Shown in pieces: positions 37,801 to 46,625 of a stretch of DNA of 64,000 bases. Numbering within the stretch: position 1 is the first letter of the stretch; each line of letters opens with the position of its first letter. The notes under the pieces were generated by a model. That model was not told the origin of the DNA, did not search any database, and worked only from the letters and a program-made list of their open reading frames with translations. The stretch covers positions 169,074,001 to 169,138,000 of the forward strand of contig OX597815.1 of the NCBI GenBank assembly GCA_951406725.2, written 5' to 3'. The translations under genes were made by a program, and so were the position numbers. The stretch is from Octopus vulgaris (lineage: Eukaryota).

Positions 37801-39976
37801 CCTCCCCTAAAACTTCAGGCTTTGTGCCTACAGCAGATAGGATTATTATTATTGTTTTGTTGTTATTGCTATTGTTATTATTATTACTATTGTTATCATT
37901 GTTGTTTTTAATACTATTGTTGTTGTTGTTATTATTGTTATTATTATTATTATTATTAATAATATTATTATTATTATAATTATTATAGGCTTTCACAGAT
38001 CATTCTGATCTCTTATCTCGGCGAATGGGCTTCACTCCTCTGCCTTTGGCCTGCATTCTCTATCAAGTATGTGTCCGCTCATTTAAAGTCCATGGGTATC
38101 TGGGTTTTGCAGTTTTGGTAATGGTTTATCTTTGGTAAGTAATTAATGTATTTTATGCCTTTAAAATTGATTCCTGATTTTATGCATAGACAGCTTAGCA
38201 TTAAAGAGTGTTTGAATTTAAAAGAGTAACTCATCTTTTGCATTTCTATTTTGCGTGGCTAGGTGCAGGTGTGCCTTGGCACTGGGTTGGCTTGGTGTAG
38301 GTGTGACTATTTGGTAAGAAAGCTTGCTTCCTAACCACATGGTTCCAGGTTCAGTCCCACTGCATGGCACCTTGGGCAAGTTCTATTATAGCCTCAGGCC
38401 AACCAAAGCCTTGTCAGTGGATTTGGTAGAAGGAAATGGGAAGAAGGCCATTGTGTGTATGTGTGGGTGTGTTTACATCCCTGTAACTTAGTGGTTTGGC
38501 AAAAAAGACTGTTAGAATAAGTACCAGACTTAGTAAACAAATTAAGTACTGAGGTAGATTCATTTGACTAAAAGTTCTTCAAGGTGGTGCCCCAGCATGG
38601 CCGCAGCCTAATGATTGATACAAGCAAAAGATAAAAGATAATTAAATTAATTGATTTTCTTTTTTGTCTTTAGTGTTACATTGCATACACATATGTACAT
38701 GCACACATGCAGGGTCACGCAAATATCCTCTGGTTTGAAATCAGATTTATTTTTGATGCAGGCACAGGTGTGGCTTTGTGGTAAATAGTTTGCTTGCCAA
38801 CCACATGGTTATGGGTTCAGTCCCACTGCGTGGCACCTTGAACAAGTGTCTTCTGCTATAGTCTCATACCTTATGAGTGTATTTGGTAGAAGAAAGCTGA
38901 AAGAAATTCATCATATATACATATATATATATATATTTTTATTTTCCTTAAAATTTTCGTTGCGACTTGCAACCTTTTCAATAGTCTTGACTCTGTCTGT
39001 TCCAAAAACCAAATCCAAAAACAAAATATAACAATGATGATGATGATGATATATAATAAAATTTTAGTACTTATACTTCAGTTGTTTGTGTAAATGAACT
39101 GATACTTTTTATGTTTCTTCTTTTTTTAGTTTGACATCAACTAAAGTACTGAACACCCTGCTACTTCTTGGTCGTGCAAACAAATTGATCTATGGAACCA
39201 CATCAGCCCCACCGCCATCGTCACAGTCCTCAACACCTCCACCATCATCATCTCCAAATGCAGAATGCACACAGCAACCTCCACCAATAATTTCAGTGCC
39301 AGTTGCTCCTGTAACCCCTACTAAAATCAGTAGTCTTTTGCTTTCAACAAGCTGTCCAAACAAAACAGAAGACTCTCCATGCAGTAGCATTCCTATGACG
39401 CCCTCCACACCTCCTCCTACTCCAACCACTCCCACTACCAGCACTGCCCCCACTATAGTTTTTGCTCCCGCCACCTTTACCGCTGCTCTTTCAGCAGCAG
39501 CAGCAGAATCCAGCAGTAGATGTGGTAGTTTCATTTCTAGCAGCAGAGAATGGGAAGAGTTCCCACCTGCTGGTGCTATGCCGATTGCTTCATTAGACAA
39601 AGCAGTCAACACTCAACAGGACGAGGACTTCGAGAATGCTCCAATGATGCCCACGAAATCGGAACCAGTGAGTCCACCTGTTGTAATTAGGTCCCAGCCA
39701 AGCGGCATCGCTGAAGAGCTTGTCGACAAACCTGTAGTGAACATGTCCAATAACGAAGACAACCGCTTGATGGCGGACACTATTAGAAAACGAAAAAGTA
39801 CAGTGGATGAAAATGTCTTCTTTGAAAACCAAAGTCAGCAAGCATCAAGTGCACCGACAGTTGAAAAAATATCTAAATCTACTAGTATGGATCAAGATGA
39901 CATTTGTCAAGAAGCTACACTAAATAAAATCTCTGAAGACAAGACTCAACATTTACCAAAAGAAAGGTGGCTATGA
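6503..39976 (+). CDS. TAPT1: TAPT1 orthologue (transmembrane anterior-posterior transformation protein 1), 5'-partial. Exons: 6503-6627, 9965-10127, 17382-17517, 21861-21958, 24361-24511, 26208-26317, 31365-31424, 37989-38134, 39130-39976
   Basis: Exons join in frame (125+163+136+98+151+110+60+146+847 = 1836 nt, 611 aa + stop). Translation carries TAPT1-family motifs in order: DAFLFIFTFLPLR, CDILKG, MYHIIRGQAVLKLY, GQDFLDSLFW, LNVAFNSHNKSLL, SNNFVEIK, DWLKHAFISKFN, RRMGFTPLPLA. Confidence 0.95.
8916..9546 (-). mobile_element. SINE on the - strand with a dimeric same-family SINE inserted in + orientation at 9015-9405. Family also near 21272-21678, 33595-33825, 36260-36680, 37675-37845, 47297-47700, 63325-63540
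   Basis: Outer TSD GAATGGAAATATT (8903-8915, 9547-9559); inner TSD GGTACTTAATTTATTGACCTC (8994-9014, 9406-9426); core gagttcaaattccgccgaggtcgactttgcctttcatcc. Confidence 0.88.
9965..10127 (+). CDS. TAPT1: TAPT1 coding exon (SRKILEPSQTCDILKG...LYVFYNIVE)
   Basis: Acceptor tttttgcAG, donor GTaact; lies within ORF 9927-10370. Confidence 0.95.
11110..11910 (-). mobile_element. RTE-clade LINE 3' fragment
   Basis: Minus-strand translation gives the typical RTE ORF C-terminus (CVKKCYTLAVEGTCGRGRPKKTW); homologous to 28200-28830. Confidence 0.85.
15054..15418 (+). mobile_element. Helentron/HINE-like non-autonomous element (a related element starts near 24577)
   Basis: 5' attatatccgcc..gaaggtggaggtattgttttc, (tttg)n tract, 3' ccttggcagagg inverted repeat, T-rich flanks. 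Assigned by architecture only. Confidence 0.55.
15676..17299 (+). mobile_element. Internally deleted mariner element, host of a nested piggyBac insertion
   Basis: TA|TTGGGTTGTCTGGAAAGTTC ... GAACTTTCCGGACAACCCAA|TA. Transposase remnants MEDKKVHFRHLML, WDVLPHPP-SPDIAPSDFHLF and, after the insertion, KERWRHIVQQNGSYLVD*. Confidence 0.92.
16095..17169 (+). mobile_element. piggyBac deletion derivative with a transposase N-terminal fragment (ORF 16363-16755)
   Basis: TTAA at 16091-16094 and 17170-17173; degenerate CCCTTTCGTTAC-type TIRs. Acidic N-terminus, then LDNFFLLF..SLFEIITAEMNRYA and WFPITLNEIK, typical of the start of the piggyBac transposase domain. Confidence 0.85.
17382..17517 (+). CDS. 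TAPT1: TAPT1 coding exon (LADKLFIGIGQDFLDSLFWSATEPRGRKREHIGVLGHLILAIFYV)
   Basis: Acceptor ttttattacAG; followed by U12-type donor ATATCCTTTT rather than GT. Confidence 0.93.
17930..18345 (-). mobile_element. tRNA-derived SINE with internal (CA)/(TA) microsatellite, the most abundant family here. Copies near 1635-2055(+), 6833-7090(+), 7100-7530(-), 38300-38640(+), 40735-41097(-), 47800-48237(-), 48540-49790(-), 50095-50478(-), 50635-51300(-), 51920-52295(+), 58085-59315(-), 61195-61575(-), 61945-62290(-)
   Basis: Head gtggctgtgtggtaag..gggttcagtccc (A/B-box-like), then CORE-like ccttgggcaagt; more than 12 similar copies in the window. Confidence 0.88.
18876..19269 (+). mobile_element. Non-autonomous Helitron
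   Basis: A|TC 5' end; subterminal hairpin CCCGagcaacacCGGG (19242-19257); CTAG|T 3' end; no TSD. Confidence 0.85.
21861..21958 (+). CDS. TAPT1: TAPT1 coding exon (LHSILILVQATILNVAFNSHNKSLLIIMMSNN)
   Basis: AC acceptor, donor GTaagt; strongly conserved peptide. Confidence 0.93.
24361..24511 (+). CDS. TAPT1: TAPT1 coding exon (FVEIKINVFKR...RNMAEFSWNP)
   Basis: Acceptor tttttttcAG, donor GTaagt. Confidence 0.95.
25916..26135. mobile_element. 220-bp piggyBac-type MITE
   Basis: TTAA|CCCTTTCGTTAC...GTAACAAAAGGG|TTAA; near-identical copy at 46406-46625. Confidence 0.9.
26208..26317 (+). CDS. TAPT1: TAPT1 coding exon (HISVILPDAVMILLAEVVVDWLKHAFISKFNEISKE)
   Basis: Acceptor ttttgtttcAG, donor GTgagt. 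Confidence 0.95.
28200..29284 (+). mobile_element. RTE LINE 3' portion: ORF end, 3' UTR and (GAT)n tail
   Basis: LEVVDSFHYLG, KGRLYDACVQTAMLHSSETW, RRLHWYGHVLQM; continues into the tandem-unit UTR. Confidence 0.9.
29990..30760 (-). mobile_element. Degraded mariner transposase remnant
   Basis: Minus strand shows SPDLAPSGYHFF and HYNALAH (HDNARPH-like) with frameshifts. Confidence 0.7.
31365..31424 (+). CDS. TAPT1: TAPT1 coding exon (VYADFSLILAQDMVSSRQTQ)
   Basis: Acceptor ttttttAG, donor GTaagc; 60 nt, phase 0-0. Confidence 0.92.
31500..32975 (+). mobile_element. Old RTE fragment interrupted by a MITE
   Basis: Degenerate RT and C-terminal motifs (e.g. GIRCSVQERILHWYRYV) on both sides of 31941-32453. 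Confidence 0.65.
31941..32453. mobile_element. Tc1/mariner-superfamily (pogo/Tc2-like) MITE
   Basis: TA|CCGTAAATCCTCGAGTATA ... TATACTTGAAGATTTACAG|TA. Confidence 0.8.
34891..35765. mobile_element. Mariner derivative built from two inverted 5' ends
   Basis: Both arms start GGTCTGATCAATAAGTATCCGGACTGTTGCC. + arm encodes MTEKIEQRICIKFYQKLG; - arm encodes EAYTKLRKVYGEECM..VYEWFRCFQDG..DERYGRP and FVPKLL. Confidence 0.88.
37989..38134 (+). CDS. TAPT1: TAPT1 coding exon (AFTDHSDLLSRRMGFTPLPLACIL...VMVYL)
   Basis: Acceptor tattatAG at the end of a (TTA/TTG)n tract, donor GTaagt. Confidence 0.92.
39130..39976 (+). CDS. TAPT1: TAPT1 terminal coding exon (LTSTKVLNTLLLLGRA then a long Ser/Pro/Thr-rich tail)
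   Basis: Acceptor ttttttttAG; ORF 39131-39976 ends in TGA. Confidence 0.88.
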
Positions 39977-40301
39977 TAAAATTTAACTGTTAGCAGGTTT
40001 GACGTTCTAGTTGTTTCAATTTCATTAACACTATGGCTATCACTACCTCCACCACCACTACACCAAACACCTCCTCCTTCTCCTTTTCCTCTGACTAAAA
40101 CTCATTACTTGTGCGTGTATGGTAGTGCGTTAAGTTTATGGGTACAAATGTTCAACATTTCCTTAAAAGATTTCAATGGAAATACATGCCAACAAAGTTG
40201 AATATTCTACAGACTTTAAAGTGGATTTTTAACTTAATTTCCCAATAATTATAATTTTAAAAAAAAAAGTTTTAAAAATTGTATTTAAAGATTATTTTCC
40301 A

Positions 40302-40307
40302 AATAAA
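40302..40307 (+). promoter_or_regulatory. Candidate polyadenylation signal for TAPT1
   Basis: AATAAA about 325 nt after the stop codon with T-rich sequence downstream; the AT-rich context makes this weak. Confidence 0.4.
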
Positions 40308-40611
40308 GTGAAAAATATTCAAAAAAATTGAAAACAATATAAAAATGTTGCTATTTTTTTAATCTGTTTTCCTTTCTTTTTCTTTTTTACTTATGATTGG
40401 TTTTTACATGATGTAAAAATAGCTTTGAAACAGCAAAAAACATATATTTGTAACTGGTTGCAGACTGGACTGAGAAGTCATTTCAGAAGCTGCTTGTCAT
40501 CCTCCTCCACAAGAACTTTCTATAATCTGTGAGACTGACAGATGCCCCTTATCTTTCTCTCTTTCCTTCTTTCTTTCTCTGTGTTTGTGTGTGTGTGTGT
40601 GTATGTATGTA

Positions 40612-40663
<52 letters not shown>

Positions 40664-41410
40664 TACACCAAAACTGTTCGACGAACAGGAACGTGAAACT
40701 CTGAGTAACAGTTTTTGTGGTATCTTTGCAGCTTTTTCTTTCAGTCATTTGACTGTGGCCATGCTGGAGCACCGCCTTTAGTCAAGCAAATCGACCCCAG
40801 GACTTATTCTTTGTAAGCCTAGTACTTATTCTATCGGTCTCTCAAGTGACGGGGACATAAACACACCAGCATCGGTTGTCAAGCGATGTTGGGGGGACAA
40901 ACACAAACACACAAATATATACATACACACACACTTATATATATGACATATATATGTCTACTAAATCCACTCACAACACTTTGGTCGGCCCAAGGCTATA
41001 GTAGAAGACACTTGCTCGAGGTGCCATGCAGTGGGACTGAACCTGGAACCATATGGTTGGTAAGCAAGCTACTTACCACACAGCCATTCCTGCGCCTAAA
41101 ATATTAATAAAGTATATATATATGTATAAAGTAAAATCATTTTCTTCCGCACATACAAGCTTGTCCTTTCTGGTGCCAGTGCTGTGTTAACACACCTGTG
41201 CCGGTGCTGCATTAATGCACTTATGCTGGAGGCATGTAAAAAGCACCCAGCATACTCTGCTAAGTGGCTGGTATTAGAAAGAGCAACCAACCATAGACGG
41301 TTGGAGTTTGGACAGCTCCCTGCTAGCCAGCTCCATGTCAAACCGTACAACTCATACTAGCATGGAGAGCAGATGTTAAACGATGATTATATATATATAT
41401 ATATATATAT

Positions 41411-42989
41411 TTCCGGTTTTGGCTGATGGATCCTCGGTTCCCGCGTAGCGGGGCGTTCGAGGGCCTTTGCGCTCGCGCGCCTTGGCGCGCGCTGGGGGCT
41501 CGGTCGGCCCCTTTGGGCTTGCGTTGTACTGCTTGTGCGCTGTGTGCGTGAGCGCGCTCGTGTGTGTGGGCTTGCTTCGGATGTGCGCATGCGTATGTTT
41601 GCATACATACCCACACACTCGCATGCATCCCTACCCACATACATACACGCACACCTACTCACACACACACACATGCACACACACACATACCCGCACACAC
41701 ACACACATACATACATACACACACATACCCACTTCAGACATACACACACACAGACATACACCCATACACCCACACTCACACGCATACACACACACACATA
41801 CACACGCACACGTACACATACACACACACACACACCTACACACATACATTACACTTGTATACACACACACTTACATTCATACACACACACACCTACACAG
41901 CCATACCCTCACTCAGACACACACATCTACCTACACACACACACATCTACCTACACACACACACAAACACACACTGACACACACCCATACATACATACAT
42001 CTACACACTCACGCCTACACACATACATACACACATACATAAACACACACACATACACATACACACACATACGCACACACGCATATACTTATACACATGC
42101 ACACACACACACATACATACATACACCCATATACATACACACACACATACCTACATACTCCTATACGCACATACATACACACAGACATACACACATACAC
42201 ACTCACACAAACATACACACACACATACTTACACACACACTCACCTGCACGCGCACACACATGCATGACAAACACCCATACACTCACACTCACATACGCA
42301 CACACCAACATAAACACGCACACGCACACACACACCTACACTCCCACACACACCTACACTCCCACACACATACACACGCACCTACATACACACACGCACG
42401 CATACACACGCATACACACATACATTACACACGTACACACACACCTACATACACATGCATACACACACACACACAAACATGCACGGACACACCCAGACAT
42501 ACATACATACACCTATATACACACGCCCACACACCTACATACACACTCATATACACACGCCCACACAGCTACATACACACACATACATACACACATACAC
42601 GGACACACCCATACATACTTACATACATACACCTATACACACACGCCTACACACCTATACACACACATGCATACACACACACATGTACGCACATACACAC
42701 ACATATACGCACACACATATATACCCACACACATGCACACACACACACATACGCACATACATGCACGCATGCACACGCGCACACCTACACGCATACACAC
42801 ACACACACGCACGTACACATACATACATACACACACGCATACATATACACATACATGCATCCTACACACACATACATACACACTCACACATACATACACA
42901 CACACGCACTCACTCACACACCTGTATGTTCGCGCACACACATGCACATACACACACTTCCCGCGCACACACATGCACATACACACACT

Positions 42990-43023
<34 letters not shown>

Positions 43024-43985
43024 CATACATCTATGCACACACATATATACACACCTACTCACATACATTCATCGGACACACTGCCACCCAGACATACACA
43101 CAGATACACTCACACATCCACACACACACATACGTACGCGCACACTCGCAGGCGCGCGCACACACGCACTTGCGCCGGTTCGCGCACGCATGCGCGCCGC
43201 ATGCACCTCGCCCTTGGACCCGACGAGACCTCCCGCCCGTTCCTGGGATGTCGCTTGTCGTTGGGTTTTCCCACGCCCGTCTCCGCGGGACCACTCTTCC
43301 ATCTTCCCCTCCGCTGGAGTCCTTTTCCTTAACCCCCCCTTTTTTCGTTACACACACGCGCACACATATACACACATTGCTTAAACATATACATTACTCT
43401 TACACACATTCAATCTACTCGCCACTAATACTACCACGACACTGGACACACACACACACTACTACTCAACACACGCTGGCACGCTACATACGCCCCCACC
43501 CCTTCCCCTCCCTCCCTTCCTCCTTCCTCCCTTTTCTTACTACTGACCTTTGTCTGCTATGCTGCTGCTATGCTGACCACCGTCTCGCCCTACCTCACAC
43601 GCCTACACACAGACGCACACACTAACACATACATATATTTTTTGTTTTTTTATCTCGCCTCACACACATACACACACGCACACGCACACATCTGTTGCGT
43701 TACCAACCTTGTCTCCACTCTTTTGCCTTTAAAAACCCACTTTGCTCTTGTTATCGTAAACATCCGCGTTTCACCATGTGTAACTCCTAACACCAGTCGT
43801 TTTTTTCTCTATCTCCGTTGCCCGCTCCGGGATCTTTCTTTCCTCTCTCTTCCTTCTTTATGTTTCCGACGAAGAGCTCCGCTCGAAACGTCATACCTCC
43901 CTGCTTCCATTTCCTGAGCGCCTATTAATAATAATACTGTAATTGTTCCATTGTTGTTGTTTTTTTGTTTCCCGTTTGGATTAAA
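41411..43985. repeat. ~2.6 kb (TA)n-flanked insert: CpG-rich head, ~1.6 kb degenerate (CA)-rich body, and a 3' end shared with 5620-5811
   Basis: (TA)n on both sides; 3' segment tatgtttc-gacgaagagctcc...ttcctgag...aattgttcca...cgtttggattaa matches 5700-5811. Confidence 0.75.
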
Positions 43986-46405
43986 ATTATATATATATAT
44001 ATATATATAATATAGAAGGCATTACTATACATAAGTACCACACCCTAAGAGGGACTCTTAAAGTCAAAACTATCAAAATAAATAAACACATCTATGTATA
44101 GTAATGCCCTCTATATAATATGAATAAATATATTTAAGAGAAAAATTGGTGATTTTTCTCTTATAAGGTTTTTCATGATAACTGCTTGATAAATTCTTAT
44201 AAAGATTTTATCCTATTTTTAAATTGTATATATATATATATAGTTGAAATGGGGTTAAGAATCTATACAAATCAAAGATTATAGGTTGAAAATACTTCTT
44301 GACTTTCTTTTTTTTATAATATTTGATAAGATGGACATGCACATTGAAACCAGTAATATTTTATAAAAGTCACTTAATGTGACAAATATAGAATATTTAT
44401 CCTGTCCAATTAAAGTGGGTGGGAGATAAAAAAAATCTTTAAACATATGTCCATGTTGTTTCCACTTTTATACCTGTGTGTGTATGTAAAATCAACTATA
44501 TTTATACGGGACTTCATTTTCCAATATATCTTTTTCTTATTTAACTATACAGTAAGGTGTAATTTGAGGAAAATTTGACTGCTATATTAACAGGTTGTAC
44601 ACCAGTGCAGAAAACTTCCCACTTTGACTTGAAGTAAACTTTATTGTTGCTATAATCCCAAATCAGGTAAAGTCTGGGGCAGGGCATGCTTAATTTCCAA
44701 ATTTCTTTTAATGTTGACAAACAATAGGTGACATTATTAACTATCCTTTGTCAAATTTATGTCAATAGAATTTACTTGTTAATTTATTATAATTCATCAT
44801 CATCATCATTTAACGTCCGCTTCCCATGCTAGCATGAGTTGGATGATTTGATTGAGGACTGGCGAACCAGATGGCTGCACCAGGCTCCAATTTGATCTGA
44901 CAAAGTTTCTACAGCTGGATGCCCTACCTAGCACCAACCACTCCAAGAGTGTAGTGGGTGCTTTTACATGCCACTGGCACGAGGGTCAGTCCAGCAGCAC
45001 TGGCAACGACCTCACTCAAATGTATTCTCACATGCCACCAGCATTTTTACATGCCATTTTTACAAGCCAGTTAGCTGCTCTGGCAACGATCACGCTCAGA
45101 TGTTGCTCTTAGTGCTCCACTGGCACAGGTGCCAGTCATTAAGAGGTCTTCGCAAGCAGAGTTTAGTGTCCAATGAAGGAAAGGTACGCATAAGTGGGCT
45201 GGTTACACCCCTTGCATAGGCCACAGGTTATGGTCTCACTTGACTTGCCGGGTCTTCTCACGCACTGCATAATTCCAAAGGATTCGGTCACTAGTCATTG
45301 CCTCAGTGAGGCCTAATGTTTGATGGTCGTGTTTCACCACCTCATCTCATTATACACGTATATTTTGATAGAGTCTCATAATAAAGCACATACATAAATT
45401 TAAAGTACTCTTGACAATAGTGACCTAGTATTCTGGTTGGACTGTTGATGACTAGGAGCAGAAATAGGTGGTTTTGTGAATGATGAAGTAAACTAATGTG
45501 AGGTCAGGTTGAGTGTGATGTGTACATAGTTCCCAACACATGCGTTCCTATACATTAGGGATTGGTGAGAATCTTAAGTTGCCATTTCTATTTATTATTC
45601 ATTGTTATTGTAAAAACATTACTTTGTAAGTATTCTGCATAATTTGATATGCTAGATATTCAAATACAAAATATAACATTTGTGATACTGACATGTTTTT
45701 AACTGTGGGACAATGCAGAAGAAACATAAAATATTAAAGGAAGTAATTATTGGATGCAATACATAAACCATGGCCTGCTTGCTAGGCTGTAATACTGCCA
45801 AAAATGTGATGCTTGCCAAAGTGCCAACAAATATACAAGCCTTGAAGCTGTGAATATTGTCTTATGTTTTTCCCCTTAGCATCATAATGATGCACTGAAC
45901 CATATTTATCCCTCACAATCAAGTAATTTCCATCCCAATTATACTCCATTAATATAGTATGGTTAAAGATGAACTGGAGGTGTTTTGCCCTGGTCCACAT
46001 AAGCCAGTTGTCAATTGCTTTTTGGTTTTTTTTTTAATGAGAACCAGTTGTTAACTTTCATGGAAGGTATTTTTGCTGTAAGAAAATTTGCTATAGTTAT
46101 TTTCGTTATAAAACATTGTAATGTTACCATAGATATTTTTACTGTAAGAATTTGTGTATTTTGTCTAGAGAACCATTTTTTCTCAACTTATCTCTTTCCA
46201 AAGTCATTCTCAGATATTTCATCCTCATCATTGTTTTTATGCCTGCTTTATCTGTACTGGAATTGGTTAGACAAAAATATATTGAGCTAGCGACTGGATG
46301 CTCTTCCCTTACTTGTTTTTCAAGTAAGGTATTTTTTATTTCATTGGTCTTCACATGAAGCTAACAAAACTATGGAACTATGGAGCTATTGGACATATTG
46401 TTTAA

Positions 46406-46625
46406 CCCTTTCGTTACATCATTTATTTTGAGATGCTCTGAGTTTCTTTCAATTACTTTAAATATAACAAAGAATTTAGTAAAATAACTTAGTTATCATT
46501 CAGCTAGTGTTAGGAACATGAATTGTGACTAAGGTTTGGTGGAAGATTTTAATTCAAAACTTATGAAAACAAGACATTTGTACTCAGAACCAGAGCCGGT
46601 TTCAGCCGGGTTGGTAACAAAACGG
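46406..46625. mobile_element. 220-bp piggyBac-type MITE, second copy
   Basis: TTAA flanks at 46402-46405 and 46626-46629; same length and sequence as 25916-26135. Confidence 0.9.

Noticed and set aside
39190-39841. Antisense ORFs over the last exon
   Set aside because: Shadow frames of the real + strand exon.
41467-43625. Long His/Thr-rich ORFs (up to 696 aa) and Cys/Val-rich antisense ORFs
   Set aside because: Translations of degenerate (CA)n, open in several frames at once because stop codons cannot form; no domain or splice context.
45550-46370. Possible decayed coding or transposase sequence
   Set aside because: No recognisable motif or consistent frame by eye; needs a translated search.
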